From positions 24,476-88,475 of IMG/VR virus record IMGVR_UViG_3300011517_000006: DNA of 64,000 nucleotides. One strand, written 5' to 3'. Position numbers and translations under genes: made by a program. The notes under the pieces are model-generated. The model was given only the letters and a program-made list of their open reading frames with translations, did no database searches and was not told the DNA's origin. Source of the DNA: a virus (Duplodnaviria > Caudoviricetes). Positions 34,578 through 43,971 of this stretch are shown piece by piece; the first letter of the stretch is position 1, and every line of letters starts with the position of its first letter.

Positions 34578-36139
34578 CGTTCGTCGACGCCAGGGAGATT
34601 GCTCTGCGGCCCTATCAGGGATCGGTGGTTGAGCGGCTGCGCGAGAAAATCCGGCAGCGCATCAAGCGGCTGATCCTGTGCGCCACGACCGGCGCGGGGA
34701 AGACGCTGATCTCGGCTTACCTGATCAAAGAGGCGGCGAAGAAGGGCAGCTATGTGCTGTTCATCGTCGACCGCGTCGCCCTCGTGGAGCAGACCAGCGC
34801 CGTCTTCGATGAATACGGTATCCCCCACGGCATCGTACAGGGCATCCACCAACGGTGGGCGCCGCGCGAAAACGTGCAGGTCTGTTCGGCCCAGACGCTC
34901 GCTCGCCGCAGCCTGCCGCGCGACCCCGACCTGATCATCGTCGATGAGGCACACTGCCAGTTCAAGGCCACGATCGAGTTCATGAACCGCTATCCAAACG
35001 CGGTGAAGATCGGCCTGACGGCCACCCCGTTCACCAAGGGCATGGGCCAGCACTGGGACGGCATGGTCAACGCGGTTTCGACCCGTCAGTTGATCAACGA
35101 CGGCTTCCTGGTCGAGCCCAAGATTTTCGTCGCCAAGAGCCCCGGCGACAGCGAGCTGGGTCGCAACAGCTTCGGCGAGTTCAGTGACCAAAGCGCCGCA
35201 GACGCCGGGATCAAGATCGTCGGCGACGTGGTTCAGGAATGGATCGCCAAGACGCGCGAGCACTTCGGCGGGCCGGTGAAGACCATCGTATTTAGCCCGA
35301 CAGTCGAGCATGGGCGCGAGCTATGCGCCGCCTTCGCCGCCGCCGGGTTCAACTTCCAGCAGATCAGCTATCTCGACGACGAGGACGAGCGGATGGAGCG
35401 GATCGCCGAGTTCCGCCGCCCCGACAGCTTGATCCACGGCCTGATTTCCTGCGGCGTCCTGACCAAGGGTTTCGACGTGCCCGACGTTCGGGTCGGCATC
35501 TCCTGCAAGCCCTATCGCAAGAGCCTCTCCAGCCACATGCAGGAGATCGGCCGCGTGATGCGATCGCATCCCGGTAAGGACGTGGCCCTTTGGCTCGATC
35601 ACTCGGGCAACTTCGAGCGGTTCGCCCTGGACATGTACGACGTCTGGGAGAACGGGGCGGGCGAACTGGATAAGGCCGAGAAGCGCGACAGCGTGGCCCG
35701 GGAGCGGAACCAGAAGGCCAGAGAAAAGGTCGTCTGCCCCGAATGCTCAGGCGCCCTGCGCGGCACGACCTGCACCGCCTGCGGCTGGGAGAAGCCCGCG
35801 CGGTCGGGCATCCAGGCCGTCGAGGGCGAACTGCGCGAATTTGATGCGGGCGCGATGGGGATGGAGGCGCGTCCGGGGCTTCGCGCCGAATGCCTGAAGA
35901 ACCCCAAGGCGGTGTATAACGCTGCGCTCTGCTACAGTATCGACCAAAGCCGCAGCGGTGACTGTGAGGCCGCCCGGAAGCGCGCATATGCCATCTGGCG
36001 CGGGGTCTACCCGAGCAGCAAGCCGCCCTATCACTGGTTCGACATGGCGACGGTCGCTCCCGACGCCGGAGCCTATGCGCTGGTGGATCGCGAGGTCCTG
36101 CGGTTCCGCAAGCAGAGCAAGATGCGGAGGGCTGCATGA
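34571..36139 (+). CDS. SF2 DEAD/DEAH-box helicase with zinc ribbon
   Basis: ATTGAGKT, DEAH, LTATP, LTKGFDVP, QEIGR, CPEC/CTAC. Confidence 0.9.
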   Translation: MLTFVDAREIALRPYQGSVVERLREKIRQRIKRLILCATTGAGKTLISAYLIKEAAKKGSYVLFIVDRVALVEQTSAVFDEYGIPHGIVQGIHQRWAPRENVQVCSAQTLARRSLPRDPDLIIVDEAHCQFKATIEFMNRYPNAVKIGLTATPFTKGMGQHWDGMVNAVSTRQLINDGFLVEPKIFVAKSPGDSELGRNSFGEFSDQSAADAGIKIVGDVVQEWIAKTREHFGGPVKTIVFSPTVEHGRELCAAFAAAGFNFQQISYLDDEDERMERIAEFRRPDSLIHGLISCGVLTKGFDVPDVRVGISCKPYRKSLSSHMQEIGRVMRSHPGKDVALWLDHSGNFERFALDMYDVWENGAGELDKAEKRDSVARERNQKAREKVVCPECSGALRGTTCTACGWEKPARSGIQAVEGELREFDAGAMGMEARPGLRAECLKNPKAVYNAALCYSIDQSRSGDCEAARKRAYAIWRGVYPSSKPPYHWFDMATVAPDAGAYALVDREVLRFRKQSKMRRAA

Positions 36140-37056
36140 CCCTGTCGCTGACGGAAGCGCTGCATCAGGCCTGTGCGGTGGTAGGCATCGAGCCGCCCAA
36201 GCGTCGGCTGTCCCCGGGCCAGTGGGTGCGCACGGACACCAAGGGCAAGAACGGCCGCGACGACGCCGCCGTCCTGATCTTCGACGACGAGAACGGCGGC
36301 ATGGTCTGGAACCACCAGACCGGCGCCAATCACCGCTTCAGCCTTGCCGGGTCTGGCCAGGTGCGCCGCGATCCCGAAGCTGAACGCCGTGCCCGCCGTC
36401 GCGAGGCCGCCCGGCTAGCCGAGCAGCAAGAGGTCGAGCGGATCTGCGCGGCCATCGTGCGCGGCTGCCGCCAAGACAAGCATCCCTATCTGGAGAAGAA
36501 GGGCTTCCCTGACGAGCTGGGGCTGGTCTGCGACGTGCCCAGCAAGTTCTTCCCTGAGACGCCCTTCGGCGAAGCCCTGGCCAAGGCTCTGCCGGGCATC
36601 GGCCCCTTCCTGATCGTTCCCGGCCGCATCGGCGGCAAGGTTACGACGGTGCAGTTCATCACCGCCGACGGGGCGAAGAAGAACATCCTGCGCGGAGCCC
36701 AGGGCGGCGCCAGCCACAGGATCGCCACAGGGCGCGATACGTGGGTGTGCGAGGGCATCGCCACGGCCCTGAGCGTCAGGGCGGCCCTGCGGCTCCTGGG
36801 GGTGTCTGCGACCGTTCTGAGCGCCTTCTCGGCCTCTAACGTGGAGAAGGTGGCTGCGGGCATCCCTGGCGCTCGCATCGCGGCTGACCACGACGCCCCG
36901 AACCCGCATCTCGAGGGCAAGGGCGCAGGCGAGTTCTATGCGCGCCGCTCGGGCTGCGCATGGACCATGCCGCCGTCCATCGGCGACTTTAACGACATGC
37001 ACATGGAGCGCGGTCTGAGGGCCGTCGCACTGCATCTCAGGGAGGCGCTGGGATGA
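36136..37056 (+). CDS. Toprim-domain primase
   Basis: HPYLEKKG, VCEGIATA, AADHD, GDFND. Confidence 0.82.
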   Translation: MTLSLTEALHQACAVVGIEPPKRRLSPGQWVRTDTKGKNGRDDAAVLIFDDENGGMVWNHQTGANHRFSLAGSGQVRRDPEAERRARRREAARLAEQQEVERICAAIVRGCRQDKHPYLEKKGFPDELGLVCDVPSKFFPETPFGEALAKALPGIGPFLIVPGRIGGKVTTVQFITADGAKKNILRGAQGGASHRIATGRDTWVCEGIATALSVRAALRLLGVSATVLSAFSASNVEKVAAGIPGARIAADHDAPNPHLEGKGAGEFYARRSGCAWTMPPSIGDFNDMHMERGLRAVALHLREALG

Positions 37057-37540
37057 CGTGATGCAGGATCATTTCGCGATGTGTTTCTCGCGAGCAATCA
37101 GGCGACGGCTAGGGCCGAAACCTGATCGGCATGGGGATGGTAAGGCCCCGGTGTGCGCGCCGAAAGCGCACGAGATAGGCCCTCTGCAAGTAGCACCCGC
37201 TCTGATGTGTGGCGGAAGCGAACGGGTCACGAAACACCAGCCGCCTTACCCACACAGGACGCACCCGCAAGAGGTGCAGCCGCGTACGTCTCGCCATCGA
37301 ATGACGTGCAATGCGGTGCCGCCAGGTCTCCGGAAGGAGAGCGAAGCGACGGCCATGGATCGACAGCCTGACCCCGATCCAGCGCAGACCAGCGCGAGCC
37401 GATTTGATGGAGTGTTACTGCGTGTCCCAGATGACCCTCAGTTCAGAAACACACTTCGTCCCATAGCAGGGCGAAGTGTGCCCAGCGGAACCCGAGAGCC
37501 CTAGTTCAGAAACTAGTTCAACAAGGAAAGGAGAGCAGTA

Positions 37541-37816
37541 GTGGTCGCTAAGAAGAAGCTCAGCCGGAAGGAGCGTGAAGCTTCACGCGAAGAGGCTGCT
37601 CGGCGGTTTGACGAAATCGCCTCCCTCGTCAGCGAGGCCAGAAAGAACGACGAGATTGGATCGCATTACAGCCTTTGGATCGACCAACACCGGCGCGTCG
37701 AGTGGTGGCCTGGAGCTCAGCACTGGCGTTGCAGCACCCAGACGGATCACTTCGGCCCAATGGATGATTTGCTGACGTGGCTTCGGTCTGAGACCGCTCC
37801 AGGCCGGAGCATTTGA
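37541..37816 (+). CDS. Hypothetical protein
   Basis: RBS AGGAGAG, GTG start. Confidence 0.5.
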   Translation: MVAKKKLSRKEREASREEAARRFDEIASLVSEARKNDEIGSHYSLWIDQHRRVEWWPGAQHWRCSTQTDHFGPMDDLLTWLRSETAPGRSI

Positions 37817-37820
37817 CCTG

Positions 37821-38027
37821 ATGGTCGAGCGCATCACGCTCATGCAGCAGTACGCCGTGAACGAGCAGCGGCGCCGGGGGAGAACGGACCGTCAGATCGA
37901 GAAGATCGTCGGCCTTCCCCACGGCATCCTCTCTCGCCGCTTCATCGTCGTCGACGACCGCGACCCCCTCCCCCGGCGAGGCCCCAGCGCCAGCCCCCGC
38001 ACCCTTCACCGATACACCCTGTTCTGA
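37821..38027 (+). CDS. Hypothetical protein
   Basis: 68 aa ORF in operon. Confidence 0.45.
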   Translation: MVERITLMQQYAVNEQRRRGRTDRQIEKIVGLPHGILSRRFIVVDDRDPLPRRGPSASPRTLHRYTLF

Positions 38028-38041
38028 AAGGCCCTCCCCTC

Positions 38042-38821
38042 ATGGGCAAAGCCACCAAACCCCGCCTGAACCCCCGCTCCAAGGGCGGTCGCCCCCGTCA
38101 GCAGGGCGAGCGCACCAAGGGCGGACGCCTGAAGCACGCCCCGAACGAACGCGTCCTGCAGATGCGGGCCATCTTCGGCGTCGACCACATCGGCCAGGCC
38201 TTCTCCCCCATCCAGATCGCGCTGAGGAACGGCTGGCTGAGCGAAGCCGACTGCCGAACCGCCGCCGAGTTCGCATCGCTTTACGCCGCCGCCGGTATGG
38301 GTCGCAGCAGCATCAGCCTGTCGGCTGGCATGGAGGTGAAGCCGGGAGCGGATACGTCGGGCGATGTGACCGCCGCGTCGTTCTTCGCCACCCTGCCGGA
38401 TCGTGAGGTCGCCGAGATCTGGGACGCTGTGTTCACCGACGATGGCGGCCCTGCTCTGGGTCGAGAAGAGGCCGCAGCCCGCGCCATGAAGCGCTGGAAG
38501 CTGGCCTGCGCCGCCATGTCGCCCGATCAGCGCGAAGAGGTGCACAACGTCTGCATCCTCGACAGCTTCCCGCAGTGGATCATCCAGCGGGCGCACGGGC
38601 ACATGGAGACGAGCTGGGAGAGGAAGCGCGACCTGCTGATCGCCGGTCTACGCGCTATTCGGGCAGAGCTTCATCCGCCCAAGGGGAAGCCGGAGAAGCA
38701 GCCGGAAACAGCGGTCGCGTCTCCCCGTCCCCGAGCCCAGGTCGAGCGCACGGTCTATGTCGATGAAGACGGCGAACCCCTGTTGGAGGTCGAGCGCGTC
38801 GTCCGTCGACCAGCGGCTTGA
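38042..38821 (+). CDS. Putative late-gene regulator (Q position)
   Basis: 259 aa, last early gene, followed by a promoter and hairpin. Confidence 0.55.
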   Translation: MGKATKPRLNPRSKGGRPRQQGERTKGGRLKHAPNERVLQMRAIFGVDHIGQAFSPIQIALRNGWLSEADCRTAAEFASLYAAAGMGRSSISLSAGMEVKPGADTSGDVTAASFFATLPDREVAEIWDAVFTDDGGPALGREEAAARAMKRWKLACAAMSPDQREEVHNVCILDSFPQWIIQRAHGHMETSWERKRDLLIAGLRAIRAELHPPKGKPEKQPETAVASPRPRAQVERTVYVDEDGEPLLEVERVVRRPAA

Positions 38822-38920
38822 CAGGCGGATCGAATAGGAAGATAAGCCTAGGTGCAGTTATGTCAGGGTGGCACGAAATCCTGACCGAGAGACCCCGGAG
38901 CATCATGCGGCCGGGGTTCT
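38818..38920 (+). promoter_or_regulatory. Late promoter followed by a terminator-like hairpin
   Basis: TTGACA-N17-GATAAG at 38818-38846; ACCCCGG-N12-CCGGGGT-TCTT near 38892-38920. Confidence 0.6.
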
Positions 38921-39016
38921 TCGTATCCGGCTCCCTTAAGGGCGAGAGGGCGGCAGGCTTAGGGTTGGGGGTTCCCGGCCGGGTCGGCCGTCTGCCCCCT
39001 TGGGCACACCATCATC

Positions 39017-39343
39017 ATGATCATCAGGAGCTCCGGACCAATGATCGGGAACACCGAAGACTTCCTCGTGCGCGCTGCTGATGCTGAGGCCAAGCCCATC
39101 GAGACCCTGACGGTCAAGCTGGCTGTGGACAGCGAGGCGTTTGAAGGCGCGATCAAAGCCGCTCTCGCAGAGGCCGGGCGTTCAATCGTGGGGGATCGCC
39201 CCATCACCATCATCTCCAGTCGGAAGGGCCTCGCCGTCAGTGTCGGCGGCCGACACATCGGCTTTGTAGCGGGCCAGGATAGCAGCACCCTGCACATCGC
39301 TGTTCCCCATGGCCTGACGAAAACCGTTGGCCCGTCGTCCTGA
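39017..39343 (+). CDS. Hypothetical protein
   Basis: 108 aa before HNH. Confidence 0.5.
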   Translation: MIIRSSGPMIGNTEDFLVRAADAEAKPIETLTVKLAVDSEAFEGAIKAALAEAGRSIVGDRPITIISSRKGLAVSVGGRHIGFVAGQDSSTLHIAVPHGLTKTVGPSS

Positions 39344-39659
39344 CCGCATCGCCGCCCAAGGCACCCAGCGCCTAAGAGGCCGCAGAGGCGTAGAGCAACG
39401 CAAGCGCCGCCTCGCCGCCGAGCCCCTGTGCAGGGATTGCATGGCCAAGGGGATCATCACCGCCTCGACGGTGCCCGACCACATCATCCCGCTGAGCCAG
39501 AACGGCCGAGACACCGACGACAACATCCGCTGCCTATGCGCGGACTGCCACACCATCAGGACGAGAGAGCAGTTCGGCCAGCGCCAGGTCAGCCCTGTGG
39601 GCGTGGATGGCCGGCCGCTCGACCCGAACCACCCGTGGAACCAGCCCCGCCCGGCCTGA
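39327..39659 (+). CDS. HNH endonuclease (packaging-associated)
   Basis: PLCRDC...DHIIPL...NIRCLCADCH, immediately upstream of terS. Confidence 0.88.
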   Translation: MARRPDRIAAQGTQRLRGRRGVEQRKRRLAAEPLCRDCMAKGIITASTVPDHIIPLSQNGRDTDDNIRCLCADCHTIRTREQFGQRQVSPVGVDGRPLDPNHPWNQPRPA

Positions 39660-39807
39660 CCGAGCCTGATGCGACCGGATCGCAGGAGGGAGGGGGGCAT
39701 GTCGAAGTCTGGAGCCTTTGCCTCGGACACCGGCGGCCAAGGTCCGTTCGCACCGAAATGGATTTTCAAACAGAAAAGTTGGGGGCACCCCGTAGGGGTG
39801 ATGCTGC

Positions 39808-40239
39808 ATGAACGTAGTGCCGGGGACGGGCGACATCGTGCCGGAGCCGCACTGGCGCATGCTCCTGACGGATGACCTGGAGGTCGAGGCCGCTGGTGAA
39901 CACTGGCGCCGGATCACCGCGGAGATGCGCGAGAGGGGCATCCTGTCGCCGTCGAACGGCCACGCGATCCAGCGGCTGGTTCTGGCCTACGTGATCTTCG
40001 ATCGTTGCTCGCGTGAAGTCGCGGAGCATGGGGCTGTGTCGAAGCCGAAGCGGGGCAACCCCAAGGCCATCGCGCGGATCAGCCCACACTTCACAGCCAT
40101 GCGGGAGGCCGGGTCGGACGCCGAGCGTCTGGAAGCAGAGCTGGGCCTGTCGCCGCGCCGCCGGGCCGCTGCCGCGAAGGTCGAGAAGAAGGCGAGGACC
40201 GCCCGTGCCTCCGACGCGTATCTCACAGTCGCCAAGTGA
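39808..40239 (+). CDS. Terminase small subunit, P27 family
   Basis: ELGLSPRRR motif; HK97-type position. Confidence 0.82.
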   Translation: MNVVPGTGDIVPEPHWRMLLTDDLEVEAAGEHWRRITAEMRERGILSPSNGHAIQRLVLAYVIFDRCSREVAEHGAVSKPKRGNPKAIARISPHFTAMREAGSDAERLEAELGLSPRRRAAAAKVEKKARTARASDAYLTVAK

Positions 40240-42025
40240 CCCGACGAGCCGGTGGGCTGCTGATGTCGTCGCCGGCCGGATCGTTTCAGGGGAACTGGCC
40301 CAACAAGCCGCCGAGCGTCACCTTCGCGACCTGAAGGACGGGGCGAAGCGTGGGCTTTACTTCGACGAGGCGGCGGCGGCGCGCGCCCTGGGGTTCTTCC
40401 CCGCGGTGCTGTCGATCACGGCCGGCGCGATGGAGGGCAAACCCTTCACGCTGCTGCCCTGGCACCAGTTCACGGTCGGGTCGCTGTTCGGCTGGAAGAT
40501 GCAGAGCGGCCGGCTTCGGTTCCGGCAGGCGTGGCTCGAGACGGGAAAGGGGCAGGCGAAGTCGCCACTGATGGCCGGCATCGGCCTCTACCTGATGGGC
40601 TGGCACGGGGTGAAGCGCTCCGAGGTCTATGCGATCGGGCAGGATCGGGCGACGGCCAACGTGCTGTTCAAGGACGGCGTGGCCATGTGCCGGGCCAACA
40701 TCCCGGACACGCCGGAGGATGAAACCGACAGTCTCGTCAGCCGGGGCGAGGCGATTATCCGAGGCGAAGGCGACAACGCCTGGAAGATCGAGCACCCGGA
40801 GACCGGATCAAAGTTTCAGTCGCTGGCGAACGGCGAGGCGATCTCGGGCCCCAGGCCGACGGCGGTGCTGGCCGACGAGATCCACGAGTTCAAGTCGGGC
40901 GCTTCGATCGAGACCTGGCAGCGCGCCATCGCGAAGATGCCGGGCGACGCCATGATGCTCTTGGGGACCAACACCCCGGCGACAACGCAGATTGTGGGCA
41001 CGGCCTACAGCGACTTCTTCCAGAAGGTGCTCAAGGGCGACGTGAAGGATGACGAGGCTTTCGCCTTCATCGCCCGCGTCGACAAGGCGGATCGGGAGAC
41101 GATCTTCGACAACGAGGCGGCGTGGGTGAAGTCCCTGCCCGCCCTCGGCATCACCTTCCCTGTCGAGAACATCCGCGGCGAGGTCAACACGGCGAAGGTG
41201 CGGCTTTCGACGGCCATGTCGGTGCGGCGCCTCTACTTCGGCATCCCGACCGGCGCCGTCGACTTCTGGATCGATGAGGCGGCCTGGGCGGCGGTCCAGG
41301 GCGAGGTGAACCCGGACGACTTCAGGGGCTGCCCCTGCTGGCTATCGCTGGACCTGTCGAAGAAGAACGACCTGACCGCCCTGACGGCGATCTGGCTTAA
41401 GGACGGGAAGCTCTACGCCAAGACCTGGTACTGGACCACGCGGGACGGACTGGCGGATCGGGCCAAGGAAGACGGCGCGCCCTACGAAGAGTGGGTTGAG
41501 GCTGTCCACCTCACAGCTGTGCCGGGCGCGGTGATCGACAAGACCTTCGCGGCCGCCGAAGTCGCCCAGCTCGTCGCCGAACACGACGTCCAGTTCCTGG
41601 CCTTCGACCCGGCCGGCATCGCCGACTTCATCGACGCCTGCGACGACATCGGCTTTCCGGTGTGGCGCTGGAAAGGGCCGGACGAGCCGGAGGGCGAGGG
41701 CCTGAAGCTGATCGCGCACGGCCAGGGCAAACGGGTCGTGTTCGAGGATCGACAACTCTGCATGCCTCGCTCGGTCGAGCGGCTTGAGGACGCGATCCTG
41801 ACGAAGGCCATCACGGTGGACGCATCCCCTGTGACCTACATGTGCGCGGCGAACGCGGCGCTGGACCACGACGGGCAGAACAACCGGGCCTTCGACAAGA
41901 AGCGCTCACGGGGTCGGATCGACGGCCTTGTCACCTTGGCGATGGCGACCGGCGCCGCGCTGTATGCCGAGAAGAAGGAGGCGGGATGGAACGACTACCT
42001 CGCCAGCCTGGGGGTGCCGGCTTGA
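40205..42025 (+). CDS. Terminase large subunit (HK97-like)
   Basis: TGKGQAKS Walker A, LADEIH Walker B, LDLSKKNDLTA, FDP, GRIDG; probable GTG start at 40205. Confidence 0.9.
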   Translation: MPPTRISQSPSDPTSRWAADVVAGRIVSGELAQQAAERHLRDLKDGAKRGLYFDEAAAARALGFFPAVLSITAGAMEGKPFTLLPWHQFTVGSLFGWKMQSGRLRFRQAWLETGKGQAKSPLMAGIGLYLMGWHGVKRSEVYAIGQDRATANVLFKDGVAMCRANIPDTPEDETDSLVSRGEAIIRGEGDNAWKIEHPETGSKFQSLANGEAISGPRPTAVLADEIHEFKSGASIETWQRAIAKMPGDAMMLLGTNTPATTQIVGTAYSDFFQKVLKGDVKDDEAFAFIARVDKADRETIFDNEAAWVKSLPALGITFPVENIRGEVNTAKVRLSTAMSVRRLYFGIPTGAVDFWIDEAAWAAVQGEVNPDDFRGCPCWLSLDLSKKNDLTALTAIWLKDGKLYAKTWYWTTRDGLADRAKEDGAPYEEWVEAVHLTAVPGAVIDKTFAAAEVAQLVAEHDVQFLAFDPAGIADFIDACDDIGFPVWRWKGPDEPEGEGLKLIAHGQGKRVVFEDRQLCMPRSVERLEDAILTKAITVDASPVTYMCAANAALDHDGQNNRAFDKKRSRGRIDGLVTLAMATGAALYAEKKEAGWNDYLASLGVPA

Positions 42026-43257
42026 TGCTTCGGGCGCTTTGGCCGTTCAGCGCCAAGGGCGACACGCGTGAAAGGTTGTCGCTGACTGAGCAACGCAGCC
42101 GCGTCGGCGACATCGACGCGGGCGTGCCGGTCAACGAGACGACGGTGCTGAACCTCTCGGCGGCGTGGGCCTGCGTCAACCTGCTGGCAGGTACGATCGC
42201 CTCGCTGCCGTTGATGGTTTACCGCACCGACGCCAAGGGCGACCGGACCGTGGCCAAGGACCATCCGCTGTATCGGGTTCTCCACGACAGTCCGAACCTG
42301 GATCAGACCGCCATGGACTTCTTCGAGGGCGGGGTCGCCGCTCTCGAACTGCGGGGCAACATGCATGCCCGGATCGGCAGGCTGGGCGACCGGATCGTCA
42401 GCCTGTCCCCCATAGCCAGGCCGTCGGTCCGTCGGACATCATCCGGCGTCCTGCGTTACAGCTGGAGCGAGGACGGCAAGCATTACGACGAGGCCGCCGA
42501 GAATATCCTGCACGTGCGGGGCTTCGGCGGATCTCCGCTCGGCGGCCTATCGACCATCGCCTTCGGCCGGCAGGTCTTCGGGGTCTCTTCAGCCGCGAAC
42601 CTGAGCGCGGCCCGGACGTTCAGAAACGGCGCCCGTCCCGGCATCATTCTTTCCTTCAAGGAGTGGCTGAAGAAGGAACAGCGCGAACCGCTTGAGAAGG
42701 CGCTGGAAGACAAGTTCACCGGCGCAATCAACGATGGGCGGCCCTTCATCGCGGAGGGCGGCACGACGGTTCAGACGCTCGGCTTCTCTCCCGAAGACAC
42801 CCAGCTCCTGGCATCGCGTGGCTTCGGCGTTGAAGAGGTCTGCCGCTTCTTCGGCGTGCCGCCGCATATGGTCGGCCACACCGAGAAATCCACCTCCTGG
42901 GGGACGGGCCTGAAGGACCAGACCGAAGGCTTCGTGAAGTTCGCCCTGCGCAAGCGCCTGAAACGCATTGAGCAGGCCATCATGAAGCAGTTGCTCACCC
43001 CGGCGGACCGCGCGGCGGGCATCGTGGTCGAGTTCAACCTAGAGGGCCTTCTTCGGGGCGACAGCGAGGGTCGCGCGGCCTTCTATGAGTCCGGCCTGCG
43101 CAACGGCTGGACCACCATCAACGAGGTGCGCCGTCGTGAGGGGCTGCCTCCGGTGGAAGGCGGCGATGTCCCGCGCATGCAGATGCAGAACGTCCCCATC
43201 ACCATGCAGATGCCCGGCAAGCCGATTGGCGACATGCCGGCGCTGACGGCCGAGTAG
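42025..43257 (+). CDS. Portal protein, HK97 family
   Basis: AWACVNLLAGTIASLP, GN, ILHVR, FFGVPP, EGLLRGD, WTTINEVR. Confidence 0.93.
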   Translation: MLRALWPFSAKGDTRERLSLTEQRSRVGDIDAGVPVNETTVLNLSAAWACVNLLAGTIASLPLMVYRTDAKGDRTVAKDHPLYRVLHDSPNLDQTAMDFFEGGVAALELRGNMHARIGRLGDRIVSLSPIARPSVRRTSSGVLRYSWSEDGKHYDEAAENILHVRGFGGSPLGGLSTIAFGRQVFGVSSAANLSAARTFRNGARPGIILSFKEWLKKEQREPLEKALEDKFTGAINDGRPFIAEGGTTVQTLGFSPEDTQLLASRGFGVEEVCRFFGVPPHMVGHTEKSTSWGTGLKDQTEGFVKFALRKRLKRIEQAIMKQLLTPADRAAGIVVEFNLEGLLRGDSEGRAAFYESGLRNGWTTINEVRRREGLPPVEGGDVPRMQMQNVPITMQMPGKPIGDMPALTAE

Positions 43258-43270
43258 GAGGCCTCCCAGG

Positions 43271-43960
43271 ATGCAGACCAAGGACTTCGACCTCGACCTC
43301 AAGGAGGTCGGGGATGACGGCACGTTCGCCGGATACGGCTCGATCTTCGGCAACGCCGACAGCTACGGCGAGATCGTCGAGCCCGGCGCGTTCGCCGCCA
43401 GCCTGCGCGCGCACGCCAAGGCCAAGACCATGCCGATGATGCTGTGGCAGCACGACACCTGGCAGCCCATTGGCGTCTGGACGCTAATGGAAGAAGACCA
43501 GCGCGGCCTCCGGTGCGAAGGGCGTCTGCTCCTTGGCGTGAAGCAAGCCGACGAAGCCCACATCATGCTGAAGGCTGGCGCCATTCGCGGCCTGTCGATC
43601 GGCTACCGCGAACTGGCCGCCGAGCCTGACGGCAACAACCGGCGCCTGAAGAAGCTGGACCTGCGAGAGGTCAGCATCGTGTCGTTCCCGGCGAACGACA
43701 AGGCGACGGTCACGTCTGTGAAGGCAGAGCGCGCCGCCGATTTCGTGCGGCGACTGCGCGACGGCGATCCGCCCAGCACCAAAGAGTTCGAGGACATCCT
43801 GGGTGATCTAGGGGTCCCGAAAGCCCTGCGGGCAGGCATTGCCTCCCACGGGTACGCCAAGGCCATCCGGAGTGAGTCCGGGGGCATCGATCCAGCCGTC
43901 AAATCAGCCATGACCGACCTGCGGGCGGCGCTGGACGGCTTCCTCAACCCCCGGACCTGA
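43271..43960 (+). CDS. HK97-family prohead protease
   Basis: FAGYGSIFG, WQHD...PIG, GLSIGY, EVSIVSFPAN. Confidence 0.92.
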   Translation: MQTKDFDLDLKEVGDDGTFAGYGSIFGNADSYGEIVEPGAFAASLRAHAKAKTMPMMLWQHDTWQPIGVWTLMEEDQRGLRCEGRLLLGVKQADEAHIMLKAGAIRGLSIGYRELAAEPDGNNRRLKKLDLREVSIVSFPANDKATVTSVKAERAADFVRRLRDGDPPSTKEFEDILGDLGVPKALRAGIASHGYAKAIRSESGGIDPAVKSAMTDLRAALDGFLNPRT

Positions 43961-43971
43961 TGGAGACCCCA

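Noticed and set aside
37504-37519. Possible alphaproteobacterial LexA box GTTC-Nx-GTTC
   Set aside because: The spacer is 8 nt; the consensus is 7
39690-39790. HK97-type cos site between HNH and terS (GGAC-N13-GTCC near 39726-39746)
   Set aside because: The position is plausible but the sequence alone cannot define the cut site
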